DNA of 64,000 nt, taken from NCBI GenBank assembly GCA_964057225.1, contig OZ059898.1, forward strand, positions 16,678,001 to 16,742,000. Direction: 5' to 3'. The stretch is from Auanema rhodensis (lineage: Eukaryota > Animalia > Nematoda). Shown here piece by piece: positions 28,371 to 40,549 of this stretch. Both the position numbers and the translations under genes were made by a program. How positions within the stretch are numbered: position 1 is the first letter of the stretch; each line of letters opens with the position of its first letter. A model generated the notes under the pieces. That model did not search any database and was not told the DNA's origin. It saw only the letters and a program-made list of their open reading frames with translations.

Positions 28371-29496
28371 CATGTTCTCTGGAGATCTGCTGTAGACAAG
28401 AAAAAACCTGTTTATGTTGCCTTTATTGACTTTTCTAAGGCTTTTGATCTCATAAATCATTCCGTTCTGTTAGCTAAATTAAAATCAATTGGCATTGACG
28501 GCTGTATTCTCACTTTTCTCAAAAACTTCATTACTAATAGATCTTTCTCTGTATTAGTTAATTACTCTCTATCCGTCACAAATTCTTTGCCCTGTGGAGT
28601 TCCACAGGGGACAGTACTGGGTCCTCTTCTTTTTTTATTTTATATAAATGATATTACATCAAATTTACCTGATGATGTACATCCAACTCTTTATGCAGAC
28701 GATCTTAAACTAAGCAGCACAAATCCGGTAAGTTTACAACTAGCTTTGAATATTCTCAAAAACTGGTGTCTATCTAACGGTATGAAAGTTAATACTTCCA
28801 AATCCAAAGTTATGATTATATCGAGTACCACTACACCAAGAACAAACACAATTTTCAAATTTGGAGACATTTCTTTAGCTACAGTATCATCATATAAAGA
28901 TCTGGGTGTGTGTACAGACTATAATCTCTCTTTTAACAGTCATATAGACAGAATTTCTAACATTGCTGCTCACAAATGTCGTGTTATTTTGCGTTGTTTT
29001 TACTCAAGATCACCAACTTTGATGTTCAAACTTTTTTGCTGCTATATCCGACCGATTTTAGAATATGCTTCAGTTGTATGGTCTCCTCAGAATAACAAAG
29101 ATAAAGCGCGCATTGAGTCTGTCCAAAAAAAGTTTTTAAACGCTATTTTTAAGAGAGCCGAAATAGCTTTGGATTACAAGAACCAGCTATTGTTTCTTGG
29201 AGCCGAGGAGCTAACGTTTAGAAGACTACTAATTGATCTCGTTTTTTTATCATAATCAGATTACTAAAAATGTTCCAGAAAACAACCTTAACTTTTTTAC
29301 TACCAAGCACTATGCTCATTCACTACGTAGACATCTATGGAATGTTGAATACCCTGATCTTTGGAAGAGCGAAACAAGAACTGGAATAGAATACAGAGCT
29401 ATTCAAATCTGGAACACACTCCCTGAAAACATCGTTCAACTAAGAAACACTTCCAGCTTCAGAAAACATCTTTCTATTAATCTTAACAATATTTAA
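28371..29496 (+). pseudogene. Partial LINE ORF2 reverse transcriptase (5'-truncated, no endonuclease domain, one frameshift at the T7 run 29242-29248)
   Basis: The frame is open from the first inserted base: HVLWRSAVDKKKPVYVAFIDFSKAFDLINHSVLLAKL... (72 codons upstream of the listed ORF at 28587). It continues GVPQGTVLGPLLFLFYIND, LYADD, KDLGV..D..LSF..HI, RPILEYASVVWSP, IESVQKKF and RRLLIDL. The typical CR1/L2-type C-terminus (RRHLW...RAIQIWNTLPENIV...SFRKHL) lies in the +1 frame (ORF 29233-29496), ending at TAA 29494-29496. Confidence 0.92.
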
Positions 29497-29526
29497 CCTT
29501 TCTCTGTTATTGTAACTTGAAATCTT

Positions 29527-29847
29527 GTTTATGTATATTCTTCTATTTACAAGCATTTAAGCCTCAAGCTATGTTAAAGTTAGACAGTTCCCTAGTTTAC
29601 CTCTGAGACCTGTTACTACGCATTTTATCCTATAGACATTAGTCATACGGATAGAGCGATAGTTACCTCTTGCTGTCAGAACGGGCTTGACTCACATCAA
29701 GAGTTCCACCGTACCTGTCAGAATACTATAGAGGTCAGTGATCTACACTGAACAAATCAACTCTTCTTTATCAAACTAGAACTGATTCGAAACTTTAACA
29801 AACAAGTAGTGCTGCTCACTATCATTGTAAAAGAGAATATGCTGAAC
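29527..29847 (+). other. Putative structured RNA domain in the LINE 3' UTR (long imperfect stem enclosing several hairpins)
   Basis: Nested complementary segments found by eye: 29533-41/29834-42, 29546-52/29825-31, 29572-81/29791-800 (perfect 10 bp), 29585-90/29779-84, 29593-98/29773-78 and 29599-604/29730-35. Internal hairpins at 29612-66, 29679-706 and 29736-50. Not folded computationally. Confidence 0.6.
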
Positions 29848-29974
29848 CTGTTTCGTGTACATATATTTTTTAGTCAATTATTACAAGTATGTTTGTATTG
29901 TAAGGTTCTTTTGAATATCTGCAATTTTCCCGATTTATTAACCTTGTTTTCCGATTATAACCTGTGATTCGAAC

Positions 29975-29980
29975 AATAAA
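29975..29980 (+). promoter_or_regulatory. Putative polyadenylation signal AATAAA at the LINE 3' end
   Basis: AATAAA lies 9 nt before the element end, inside a small gaac/gttc hairpin. Confidence 0.55.
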
Positions 29981-29989
29981 CCCGTTCAA

Positions 29990-29993
29990 ACGT
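29990..29993. other. Target-site duplication, right copy (ACGT; CGT if the A belongs to the element tail)
   Basis: ...cccgttcaa|ACGTgtacatt. The array phase shifts by 1623 bp, which equals the 1619-bp insert plus a 4-bp duplication. Confidence 0.85.
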
Positions 29994-32900
29994 GTACATT
30001 TAATTAGCATAAATTAAAGTTCACGTAAATTTCAAAGACATGGTTACCATGAACCAATATCAATAAAAATTTGTTTTTAGACTAATATGGACATGGGGAA
30101 TCTAATTTTGAAAACCGTATCTCTTTATCTTTCACGTGAAGCGAGTTACATACCAAGTACACATCACGTGTACATTTAATTAGCATAAATTAAAGTTCAC
30201 GTAAATTTCAAAGTCATGGTTACCATGCACCAATATCAATAAAAATTTGTTTTTAGACTAATATGGACATGGGGAATCTAATTTTGAAAACCGCATCTCT
30301 TTATCTTTCACGTGAAGCGAGTTACATACCAAGTGCACATCACGTGTACATTTAATTAGCATAAAGTAAAGTTCACGTAAATTTCAAAGTCATGGTTACC
30401 ATGAACCAATATCAATAAAAATTTGTTTTTAGACTAATATGGACATGGGGAATCTAATTTTGAAAACCGCATCTCTTTATCTTTTACGTGAAGCGAGTTA
30501 CATACCAAGTGCACATCACGTGTACATTTAATTAGCATAAATTAAAGTTCACGTAAATTTCAAAGTCATGGTTACCATGAACCAATATCAATAAAAATTT
30601 GTTTTTAGACTAATATGGACATGGGGAATCTAATTTTGAAAACCGCATCTCTTTATCTTTCACGTGAAGCGAGTTACATACCAAGTGCACATCACGTTTA
30701 CATTTAATTAGCATAAATTAAAGTTCACGTAAATTTCAAAGTCATGGTTACCATGAACCAATATCAATAAAAATTTGTTTTTAGACTAATATGGACATGG
30801 GGAATCTAATTTTGAAAACCGCATCTCTTTATCTTTCACGTGAAGCGAGTTACATACCAAGTGCACATCACGTTTACATTTAATTAGCATAAATTAAAGT
30901 TCACGTAAATTTCAAAGTCATGGTTACCATGAACCAATATCAATAAAAATTTGTTTTTAGACTAATATGGACATGGGGAATCTAATTTTGAAAACCGCAT
31001 CTCTTGATCTTTCACGTGAAGCGAGTTACATACCAAGTGCACATCACGTGTACATTTAATTAGCATAAATTAAAGTTCACGTAAATTACAAAGTCATGGT
31101 TACCATGAACCAATATCAATAAAAATTTGTTTTTAGACTAATATGGACATGGGGAATCTAATTTTGAAAACCGCATCTCTTTATCTTTCACGTGAAGCGA
31201 GTTACATACCAAGTGCACATCACGTGTACAATTAATTAGCATAAATTAAAGTTCACGTAAATTACAAAGTCATGGTTACCATGAACCAATATCAATAAAA
31301 ATTTGTTTTTAGACTAATATGGACATGGGGAATCTAATTTTGAAAACCGCATCTCTTTATCTTTCACGTGAAGCGAGTTACATACCAAGTGCACATCACG
31401 TGTACATTTAATTAGCATAAATTAAAGTTCACGTAAATTTCAAAGTCATGGTTACCATGAACCAATATCAATAAAAATTTGTTTTTAGACTAATATGGAC
31501 ATGGGGAATCTAATTTTGAAAACTGCATCTCTTTATCTTTCACGTGAAGCGAGTTACATACCAAGTGCACATCACGTGTACATTTAATTAGCATAAATTA
31601 AAGTTCACGTAAATTTCAAAGTCATGGTTACCATGCACCAATATCAATAAAAATTTGTTTTTAGACTAATATGGACATGGGGAATCTAATTTTGAAAACC
31701 GTATCTCTTTATCTTTCACGTGAAGCGAGTTACATACCAAGTACACATCACGTGTACATTTAATTAGCATAAATTAAAGTTCACGTAAATTTCAAAGTCA
31801 TGGTTACCATGCACCAATATCAATAAAAATTTGTTTTTAGACTAATATGGACATGGGGAATCTAATTTTGAAAACCGCATCTCTTTATCTTTCACGTGAA
31901 GCGAGTTACATACCAAGTGCACATCACGTGTACATTTAATTAGCATAAATTAAAGTTCACGTAAATTTCAAAGTCATGGTTACCATGAACCAATATCAAT
32001 AAAAATTTGTTTTTAGACTAATATGGACATGGGGAATCTAATTTTGAAAACCGCATCTCTATATCTTTCACGTGAAGCGAGTTACATACCAAGTGCACAT
32101 CACGTGTACATTTAATTAGCATAAATTAAAGTTCACGTAAATTACAAAGTCATGGTTACCATGAACCAATATCAATAAAAATTTGTTTTAAGACTAATAT
32201 GGACATGAGGAATCTAATTTTGAAAACCGCATCTCTTTATCTTTCACGTGAAGCGAGTTACATACCAAGTGCACATCACGTAAACATTTAATTAGCATAA
32301 ATTAAAGTTCACGTAAATTTCAAAGTCATGGTTACCATGAACCAATATCAATAAAAATTTGTTTTTAGACTAATATGGACATGGGGAATCTAGTTTTGAA
32401 AACCGCATCTCTTTATCTTTCACGTGAAGCGAGTTACATACCAAGTGCACATCACGTGTACATTTAATTAGCATAAATTAAAGTTCACGTAAATTTCAAA
32501 GTCATGGTTACCAAGAACCAATATCAATAAAAATTTGTTTTTAGACTAATATGGACATGGGGAATCTAATTTTGAAAACTGCATCTCTTTATCTTTCACG
32601 TGAAGCGAGTTACATACCAAGTGCACATCACGTGTACATTTAATTAGCATAAATTAAAGTTCACGTAAATTTCAAAGTCATGGTTACCATGAACCAATAT
32701 CAATAAAAATTTGTTTTTAGACTAATATGGACATGGGGAATCTAATTTTGAAAACTGCATCTCTTTATCTTTCACGTGAAGCGAGTTACATACCAAGTGC
32801 ACATCACGTGTACATTTAATTAGCATAAATTAAAGTTCACGTAAATTTCAAAGTCATGGTTACCATGCACCATTATCAATAAAAATTTGTTTTTAGACTA

Positions 32901-35900
32901 ATATGGACATGGGGAATCTAATTTTGAAAACCGCATCTCTTTATCTTTCACGTGAAGCGAGTTACATACCAAGTGCACATCACGTGTACAATTAATTAGC
33001 ATAAATTAAAGTTCACGTAAATTACAAAGTCATGGTTACCATGAACCAATATCAATAAAAATTTGTTTTTAGACTAATATGGACATGGGGAATCTAATTT
33101 TGAAAACCGCATCTCTTTATCTTTCACATGAAGCGAGTTACATACCAAGTGCACATCACGTGTACATTTAATTAGCATAAATTAAAGTTCACGTAAATTT
33201 CAAAGTCATGGTTACCATGAACCAATATCAATAAAAATTTGTTTTTAGACTAATATGGACATGGGGAATCTAATTTTGAAAACCACATCTCTATATCTTT
33301 CACGTGAAGCGAGTTACATACCAAGTGCACATCACGTGTACATTTAATTAGCATAAATTAAAGTTCACGTAAATTACAAAGTCATGGTTACCATGAACCA
33401 ATATCAATAAAAATTTGTTTTAAGACTAATATGGACATGAGGAATCTAATTTTGAAAACCGCATCTCTTTATCTTTCACGTGAAGCGAGTTACATACCAA
33501 GTGCACATCACGTAAACATTTAATTAGCATAAATTAAAGTTCACGTAAATTACAAAGTCATGGTTACCATGAACCAATATCAATAAAAATTTGTTTTTAG
33601 ACTAATATGGACATGGGGAATCTAATTTTGAAAACCGCATCTCTTTATCTTTCACATGAAGCGAGTTACATACCAAGTGCACATCACGTGTACATTTAAT
33701 TAGCATAAATTAAAGTTCACGTAAATTTCAAAGTCATGGTTACCATGAACCAATATCAATAAAAATTTGTTTTTAGACTAATATGGACATGGGGAATCTA
33801 ATTTTGAAAACCACATCTCTATATCTTTCACGTGAAGCGAGTTACATACCAAGTGCACATCACGTGTACATTTAATTAGCATAAATTAAAGTTCACGTAA
33901 ATTACAAAGTCATGGTTACCATGAACCAATATCAATAAAAATTTGTTTTAAGACTAATATGGACATGAGGAATCTAATTTTGAAAACCGCATCTCTTTAT
34001 CTTTCACGTGAAGCGAGTTACATACCAAGTGCACATCACGTAAACATTTAATTAGCATAAATTAAAGTTCACGTAAATTTCAAAGTCATGGTTACCATGA
34101 ACCAATATCAATAAAAATTTGTTTTTAGACTAATATGGACATGGGGAATCTAGTTTTGAAAACCGCATCTCTTTATCTTTCACGTGAAGCGAGTTACATA
34201 CCAAGTGCACATCACGTGTACATTTAATTAGCATAAATTAAAGTTCACGTAAATTTCAAAGTCATGGTTACCATGAACCAATATCAATAAAAATTTGTTT
34301 TAAGACTAATATGGACATGAGGAATCTAATTTTGAAAACCGCATCTCTTTATCTTTCACGTGAAGCGAGTTACATACCAAGTGCACATCACGTAAACATT
34401 TAATTAGCATAAATTAAAGTTCACGTAAATTTCAAAGTCATGGTTACCATGAACCAATATCAATAAAAATTTGTTTTTAGACTAATATGGACATGGGGAA
34501 TCTAGTTTTGAAAACCGCATCTCTTTATCTTTCACGTGAAGCGAGTTACATACCAAGTGCACATCACGTGTACATTTAATTAGCATAAATTGAAGTTCAC
34601 GTAAATTTCAAAGTCATGGTTACCATTAACCAATATCAATGAAAATTTGTTTTTAGACTAATATGGACATGGGGAATCTAATTTTGAAAACCGCATCTCT
34701 TTATCTTTCACGTGAAGCGAGTTACATACCAAGTGCACATCACGTGTACATTTAATTAGCATAAATTAAAGTTCACGTAAATTTCAAAGTCATGGTTACC
34801 ATGAACCAATATCAATAAAAATTTGTTTTAAGACTAATATGGACATGAGGAATCTAATTTTGAAAACCGCATCTCTTTATCTTTCACGTGAAGCGAGTTA
34901 CATACCAAGTGCACATCACGTAAACATTTAATTAGCATAAATTAAAGTTCACGTAAATTTCAAAGTCATGGTTACCATGAACCAATATCAATAAAAATTT
35001 GTTTTTAGACTAATATGGACATGGGGAATCTAGTTTTGAAAACCGCATCTCTTTATCTTTCACGTGAAGCGAGTTACATACCAAGTGCACATCACGTGTA
35101 CATTTAATTAGCATAAATTGAAGTTCACGTAAATTTCAAAGTCATGGTTACCATTAACCAATATCAATGAAAATTTGTTTTTAGACTAATATGGACATGG
35201 GGAATCTAATTTTGAAAACCGCATCTTTTTATCTTTCACGTGAAGCGAGTTACATACCAAGTGCACATCACGTAAACATTTAATTAGCATAAATTAAAGT
35301 TCACGTAAATTTCAAAGTCATGGTTACCATGCACCAATATCAATAAAAATTTGTTTTTAGACTAATATGGACATGGGGAATCTAATTTTGAAAACCGCAT
35401 CTCTTTATCTTTCACGTGAAGCGAGTTACATACCAAGTGCACATCACGTGTACATTTAATTAGCATAAATTAAAGTTCACGTAAATTTCAAAGTCATGGT
35501 TACCATGAACCAATATCAATAAAAATTAGTTTTTAGACTAGGATGGACATGGGGAATCTAATTTTGAAAACCGCATCTCTTTATCTTTCACGTGAAGCGA
35601 GTTACATACCAAGTGCACATCACGTGTACATTTAATTAGCATAAATTAAAGTTCACGTAAATTTCAAAGTCATGGTTACCATGAACCAATATCAATAAAA
35701 ATTTGTTTTTAGACTAATATGGACATGGGGAATCTAATTTTGAAAACCGCATCTTTTTATCTTTCACGTGAAGCGAGTTACATACCAAGTGCACATCACG
35801 TGTACATTTAATTAGCATAAATTAAAGTTCACGTAAATTTCAAAGTCATGTTTACCATGAACCAATATCAATAAAAATTTGTTTTTAGACTAGGATGGAC

Positions 35901-38900
35901 ATGGGGAATCTAATTTTGAAAACCGCATCTCTTTATCTTTCACGTGAAGCGAGTTACATACCAAGTGCACATCACGTGTACATTTAATTAGCATAAATTA
36001 AAGTTCACGTAAATTTCAAAGTCATGGTTACCATGCACCAATATCAATAAAAATTTGTTTTTAGACTAATATGGACATGGGGAATCTAATTTTGAAAACC
36101 GCATCTCTTTATCTTTCACGTGAAGCGAGTTACATACCAAGTGCACATCACGTGTACATTTAATTAGCATAAATTAAAGTTCACGTAAATTTCAAAGTCA
36201 TGGTTACCATGCACCAATATCAATAAAAATTTGTTTTTAGACTAATATGGACATGGGGAATCTAATTTTGAAAACCGCATCTCTTTATCTTTCACGTGAA
36301 GCGAGTTACATACCAAGTGCACATCACGTGTACATTTAATTAGCATAAATTAAAGTTCACGTAAATTTCAAAGTCATGGTTACCATGAACCAATATCAAT
36401 AAGAATTTGTTTTTAAACTAATATGGACATGGGGAATCTAATTTTGAAAACCGCATCTCTTTATCTTTCACGTGAAGCGAGTTACATACCAAGTGCACAT
36501 CACGTGTACATTTAATTAGCATAAATTAAAGTTCACGTAAATTTCAAAGTCATGGTTACCATGAACCAATATCAATAAAAATTTGTTTTTAGACTAGGAT
36601 GGACATGGGGAATCTAATTTTGAAAACCGCATCTCTTTATCTTTCACGTGAAGCGAGTTACATACCAAGTGCACATCACGTGTACATTTAATTAGCATAA
36701 ATTAAAGTTCACGTAAATTTCAAAGTCATGGTTACCATGAACCAATATCAATAAAAATTTGTTTTTAGACTAATATGGACATGGGGAATCTAATTTTGAA
36801 AACCGCATCTCTTTATCTTTCACGTGAAGCGAGTTACATACCAAGTGCACATCACGTGTACATTTAATTAGCATAAATTAAAGTTCACGTAAATTTCAAA
36901 GTCATGTTTACCATGAACCAATATCAATAAAAATTTGTTTTTAGACTAGGATGGACATGGGGAATCTAATTTTGAAAACCGCATCTCTTTATCTTTCACG
37001 TGAAGCGAGTTACATACCAAGTGCACATCACGTGTACATTTAATTAGCATAAATTAAAGTTCACGTAAATTTCAAAGTCATGGTTACCATGCACCAATAT
37101 CAATAAAAATTTGTTTTTAGACTAATATGGACATGGGGAATCTAATTTTGAAAACCGCATCTCTTTATCTTTCACGTGAAGCGAGTTACATACCAAGTGC
37201 ACATCACGTGTACATTTAATTAGCATAAATTAAAGTTCACGTAAATTTCAAAGTCATGGTTACCATGAACCAATATCAATAAAAATTTGTTTTTAGACTA
37301 ATATGGACATGGGGAATCTAATTTTGAAAACCGCATCTCTTTATCTTTTACGTGAAGCGAGTTACATACCAAGTGCACATCACGTGTACATTTAATTAGC
37401 ATAAATTAAAGTTCACGTAAATTTCAAAGTCATGGTTACCATGAACCAATATCAATAAAAATTTGTTTTTAGACTAATATGGACATGGGGAATCTAATTT
37501 TGAAAACCGCATCTCTTTATCTTTCACGTGAAGCGAGTTACATACCAAGTGCACATCACGTGTACATTTAATTAGCATAAATTAAAGTTCACGTAAATTT
37601 CAAAGTCATGGTTACCATGAACCAATATCAATAAAAATTTGTTTTTAGACTAATATGGACATGGGGAATCTAATTTTGAAAACCGCATCTCTTGATCTTT
37701 CACGTGAAGCGAGTTACATACCAAGTGCACATCACGTGTACATTTAATTAGCATAAATTAAAGTTCACGTAAATTACAAAGTCATGGTTACCATGAACCA
37801 ATATCAATAAAAATTTGTTTTTAGACTAATATGGACATGGGGAATCTAATTTTGAAAACCGCATCTCTTTATCTTTCACGTGAAGCGAGTTACATACCAA
37901 GTGCACATCACGTGTACATTTAATTAGCATAAATTAAAGTTCACGTAAATTTCAAAGTCATGGTTACCATGCACCAATATCAATAAAAATTTGTTTTTAG
38001 ACTAATATGGACATGGGGAATCTAATTTTGAAAACCGTATCTCTTTATCTTTCACGTGAAGCGAGTTACATACCAAGTGCACATCACGTGTACATTTAAT
38101 TAGCATAAATTAAAGTTCACGTAAATTTCAAAGTCATGGTTACCATGGACCAATATCAATAAAAATTTGTTTTTAGACTAATATGGACATGGGGAATCTA
38201 ATTTTGAAAACCGCATCTCTATATCTTTCACGTGAAGCGAGTTACATACCAAGTGCACATCACGTGTACATTTAATTAGCATAAATTAAAGTTCACGTAA
38301 ATTACAAAGTCATGGTTACCATGAACCAATATCAATAAAAATTTGTTTTAAGACTAATATGGACATGAGGAATCTAATTTTGAAAACCGCATCTCTTTAT
38401 CTTTCACGTGAAGCGAGTTACATACCAAGTGCACATCACGTAAACATTTAATTAGCATAAATTAAAGTTCACGTAAATTTCAAAGTCATGGTTACCATGA
38501 ACCAATATCAATAAAAATTTGTTTTTAGACTAATATGGACATGGGGAATCTAGTTTTGAAAACCGCATCTCTTTATCTTTCACGTGAAGCGAGTTACATA
38601 CCAAGTGCACATCACGTGTACATTTAATTAGCATAAATTAAAGTTTACGTAAATTTCAAAGTCATGGTTACCAAGAACCAATATCAATAAAAATTTGTTT
38701 TTAGACTAATATGGACATGGGGAATCTAATTTTGAAAACTGCATCTCTTTATCTTTCACGTGAAGCGAGTTACATACCAAGTGCACATCACGTGTACATT
38801 TAATTAGCATAAATTAAAGTTCACGTAAATTTCAAAGTCATGGTTACCATGCACCAATATCAATAAAAATTTGTTTTTAGACTAATATGGACATGGGGAA

Positions 38901-40549
38901 TCTAATTTTGAAAACCGCATCTCTTTATCTTTCACGTGAAGCGAGTTACATACCAAGTGCACATCACGTGTACATTTAATTAGCATAAATTAAAGTTCAC
39001 GTAAATTACAAAGTCATGGTTAACATGAACCAATATCAATAAAAATTTGTTTTTAGACTAATATGGACATGGGGAATCTAATTTTGAAAACCGCATCTCT
39101 TTATCTTTCACGTGAAGCGAGTTACATACCAAGTGCACATCACGTGTACAATTAATTAGCATAAATTAAAGTTCACGTAAATTACAAAGTCATGGTTACC
39201 ATGAACCAATATCAATAAAAATTTGTTTTTAGACTAATATGGACATGGGGAATCTAATTTTGAAAACCGCATCTCTTTATCTTTCACGTGAAGCGAGTTA
39301 CATACCAAGTGCACATCACGTGTACATTTAATTAGCATAAATTAAAGTTCACGTAAATTTCAAAGTCATGGTTACCATGAACCAATATCAATAAAAATTT
39401 GTTTTTAGACTAATATGGACATGGGGAATCTAATTTTGAAAACTGCATCTCTTTATCTTTCACGTGAAGCGAGTTACATACCAAGTGCACATCACGTGTA
39501 CATTTAATTAGCATAAATTAAAGTTCACGTAAATTTCAAAGTCATGGTTACCATGCACCAATATCAATAAAAATTTGTTTTTAGACTAATATGGACATGG
39601 GGAATCTAATTTTGAAAACCGCATCTCTTTATCTTTCACGTGAAGCGAGTTACATACCAAGTGCACATCACGTGTACATTTAATTAGCATAAATTAAAGT
39701 TCACGTAAATTACAAAGTCATGGTTACCATGAACCAATATCAATAAAAATTTGTTTTTAGACTAATATGGACATGGGGAATCTAATTTTGAAAACCGCAT
39801 CTCTTTATCTTTCACGTGAAGCGAGTTACATACCAAGTGCACATCACGTGTACATTTAATTAGCATAAATTAAAGTTCACGTAAATTTCAAAGTCATGGT
39901 TACCATGAACCAATATCAATAAAAATTTGTTTTTAGACTAATATGGACATGGGGAATCTAATTTTGAGAACCACATCTCTATATCTTTCACGTGAAGCGA
40001 GTTACATACCAAGTGCACATCACGTGTACATTTAATTAGCATAAATTAAAGTTCACGTAAATTACAAAGTCATGGTTACCATGAACCAATATCAATAAAA
40101 ATTTGTTTTAAGACTAATATGGACATGAGGAATCTAATTTTGAAAACCGCATCTCTTTATCTTTCACGTGAAGCGAGTTACATACCAAGTGCACATCACG
40201 TAAACATTTAATTAGCATAAATTAAAGTTCACGTAAATTTTAAAGTCATGGTTACCATGAACCAATATCAATAAAAATTTGTTTTTAGACTAATTTGGAC
40301 ATGGGGAATCTAGTTTTGAAAACCGCATCTCTTTATCTTTCACGTGAAGCGAGTTACATACCAAGTGCACATCACGTGTACATTTAATTAGCATAAATTG
40401 AAGTTCACGTAAATTTCAAAGTCATGGTTACCATTAACCAATATCAATGAAAATTTGTTTTTAGACTAATATGGACATGGGGAATCTAATTTTGAAAACC
40501 GCATCTCTTTATCTTTCACGTGAAGCGAGTTACATACCAAGTGCACATC

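Larger units (their letters stand above)
28371..29989 (+). mobile_element. 5'-truncated non-LTR retrotransposon (LINE, CR1/L2-group-like), 1619 bp, inserted into one satellite monomer
   Basis: This is the only non-satellite sequence in the window. It starts abruptly inside an RT reading frame and continues through the RT C-terminus, a 3' UTR and an AATAAA. ACGT is duplicated on both sides. There are no LTRs or terminal inverted repeats. The clade call rests on motif recognition only. Confidence 0.93.
29497..29989 (+). other. LINE 3' UTR (~493 nt)
   Basis: Non-satellite, non-coding sequence between the RT stop codon and the right TSD. Confidence 0.85.

Noticed and set aside
28369-28376. 5' junction gtcatgtt resembling the satellite variant gtcatgttt (templated filler)
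   Set aside because: The match is only 8 nt, and the bases read in frame with the RT. It cannot be distinguished from chance without the family consensus.
29243-29249. Programmed -1 ribosomal frameshift at the in-frame slippery heptamer T TTT TTA
   Set aside because: The conserved C-terminus lies in the +1 (-2) frame. A -1 shift enters a frame with no recognisable RT similarity.
28587-29255. Stand-alone 222-aa and 87-aa genes as listed in the ORF track
   Set aside because: Both start at TTG inside one continuous RT homology. The frame is open upstream to the insertion junction, so they are pieces of one truncated, frameshifted ORF2.
29782-29793. Hammerhead ribozyme core (ctga...gaaac)
   Set aside because: The sequence is CTGATTC directly followed by GAAAC. 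It lacks CUGANGA and stem II, and these bases fall within the long stem.
28371-29989. LTR retrotransposon or DNA transposon, suggested by the 4-bp TSD
   Set aside because: There are no LTRs, TG..CA ends, terminal inverted repeats, integrase or transposase. 5' truncation inside RT with an intact 3' UTR is typical of target-primed reverse transcription.
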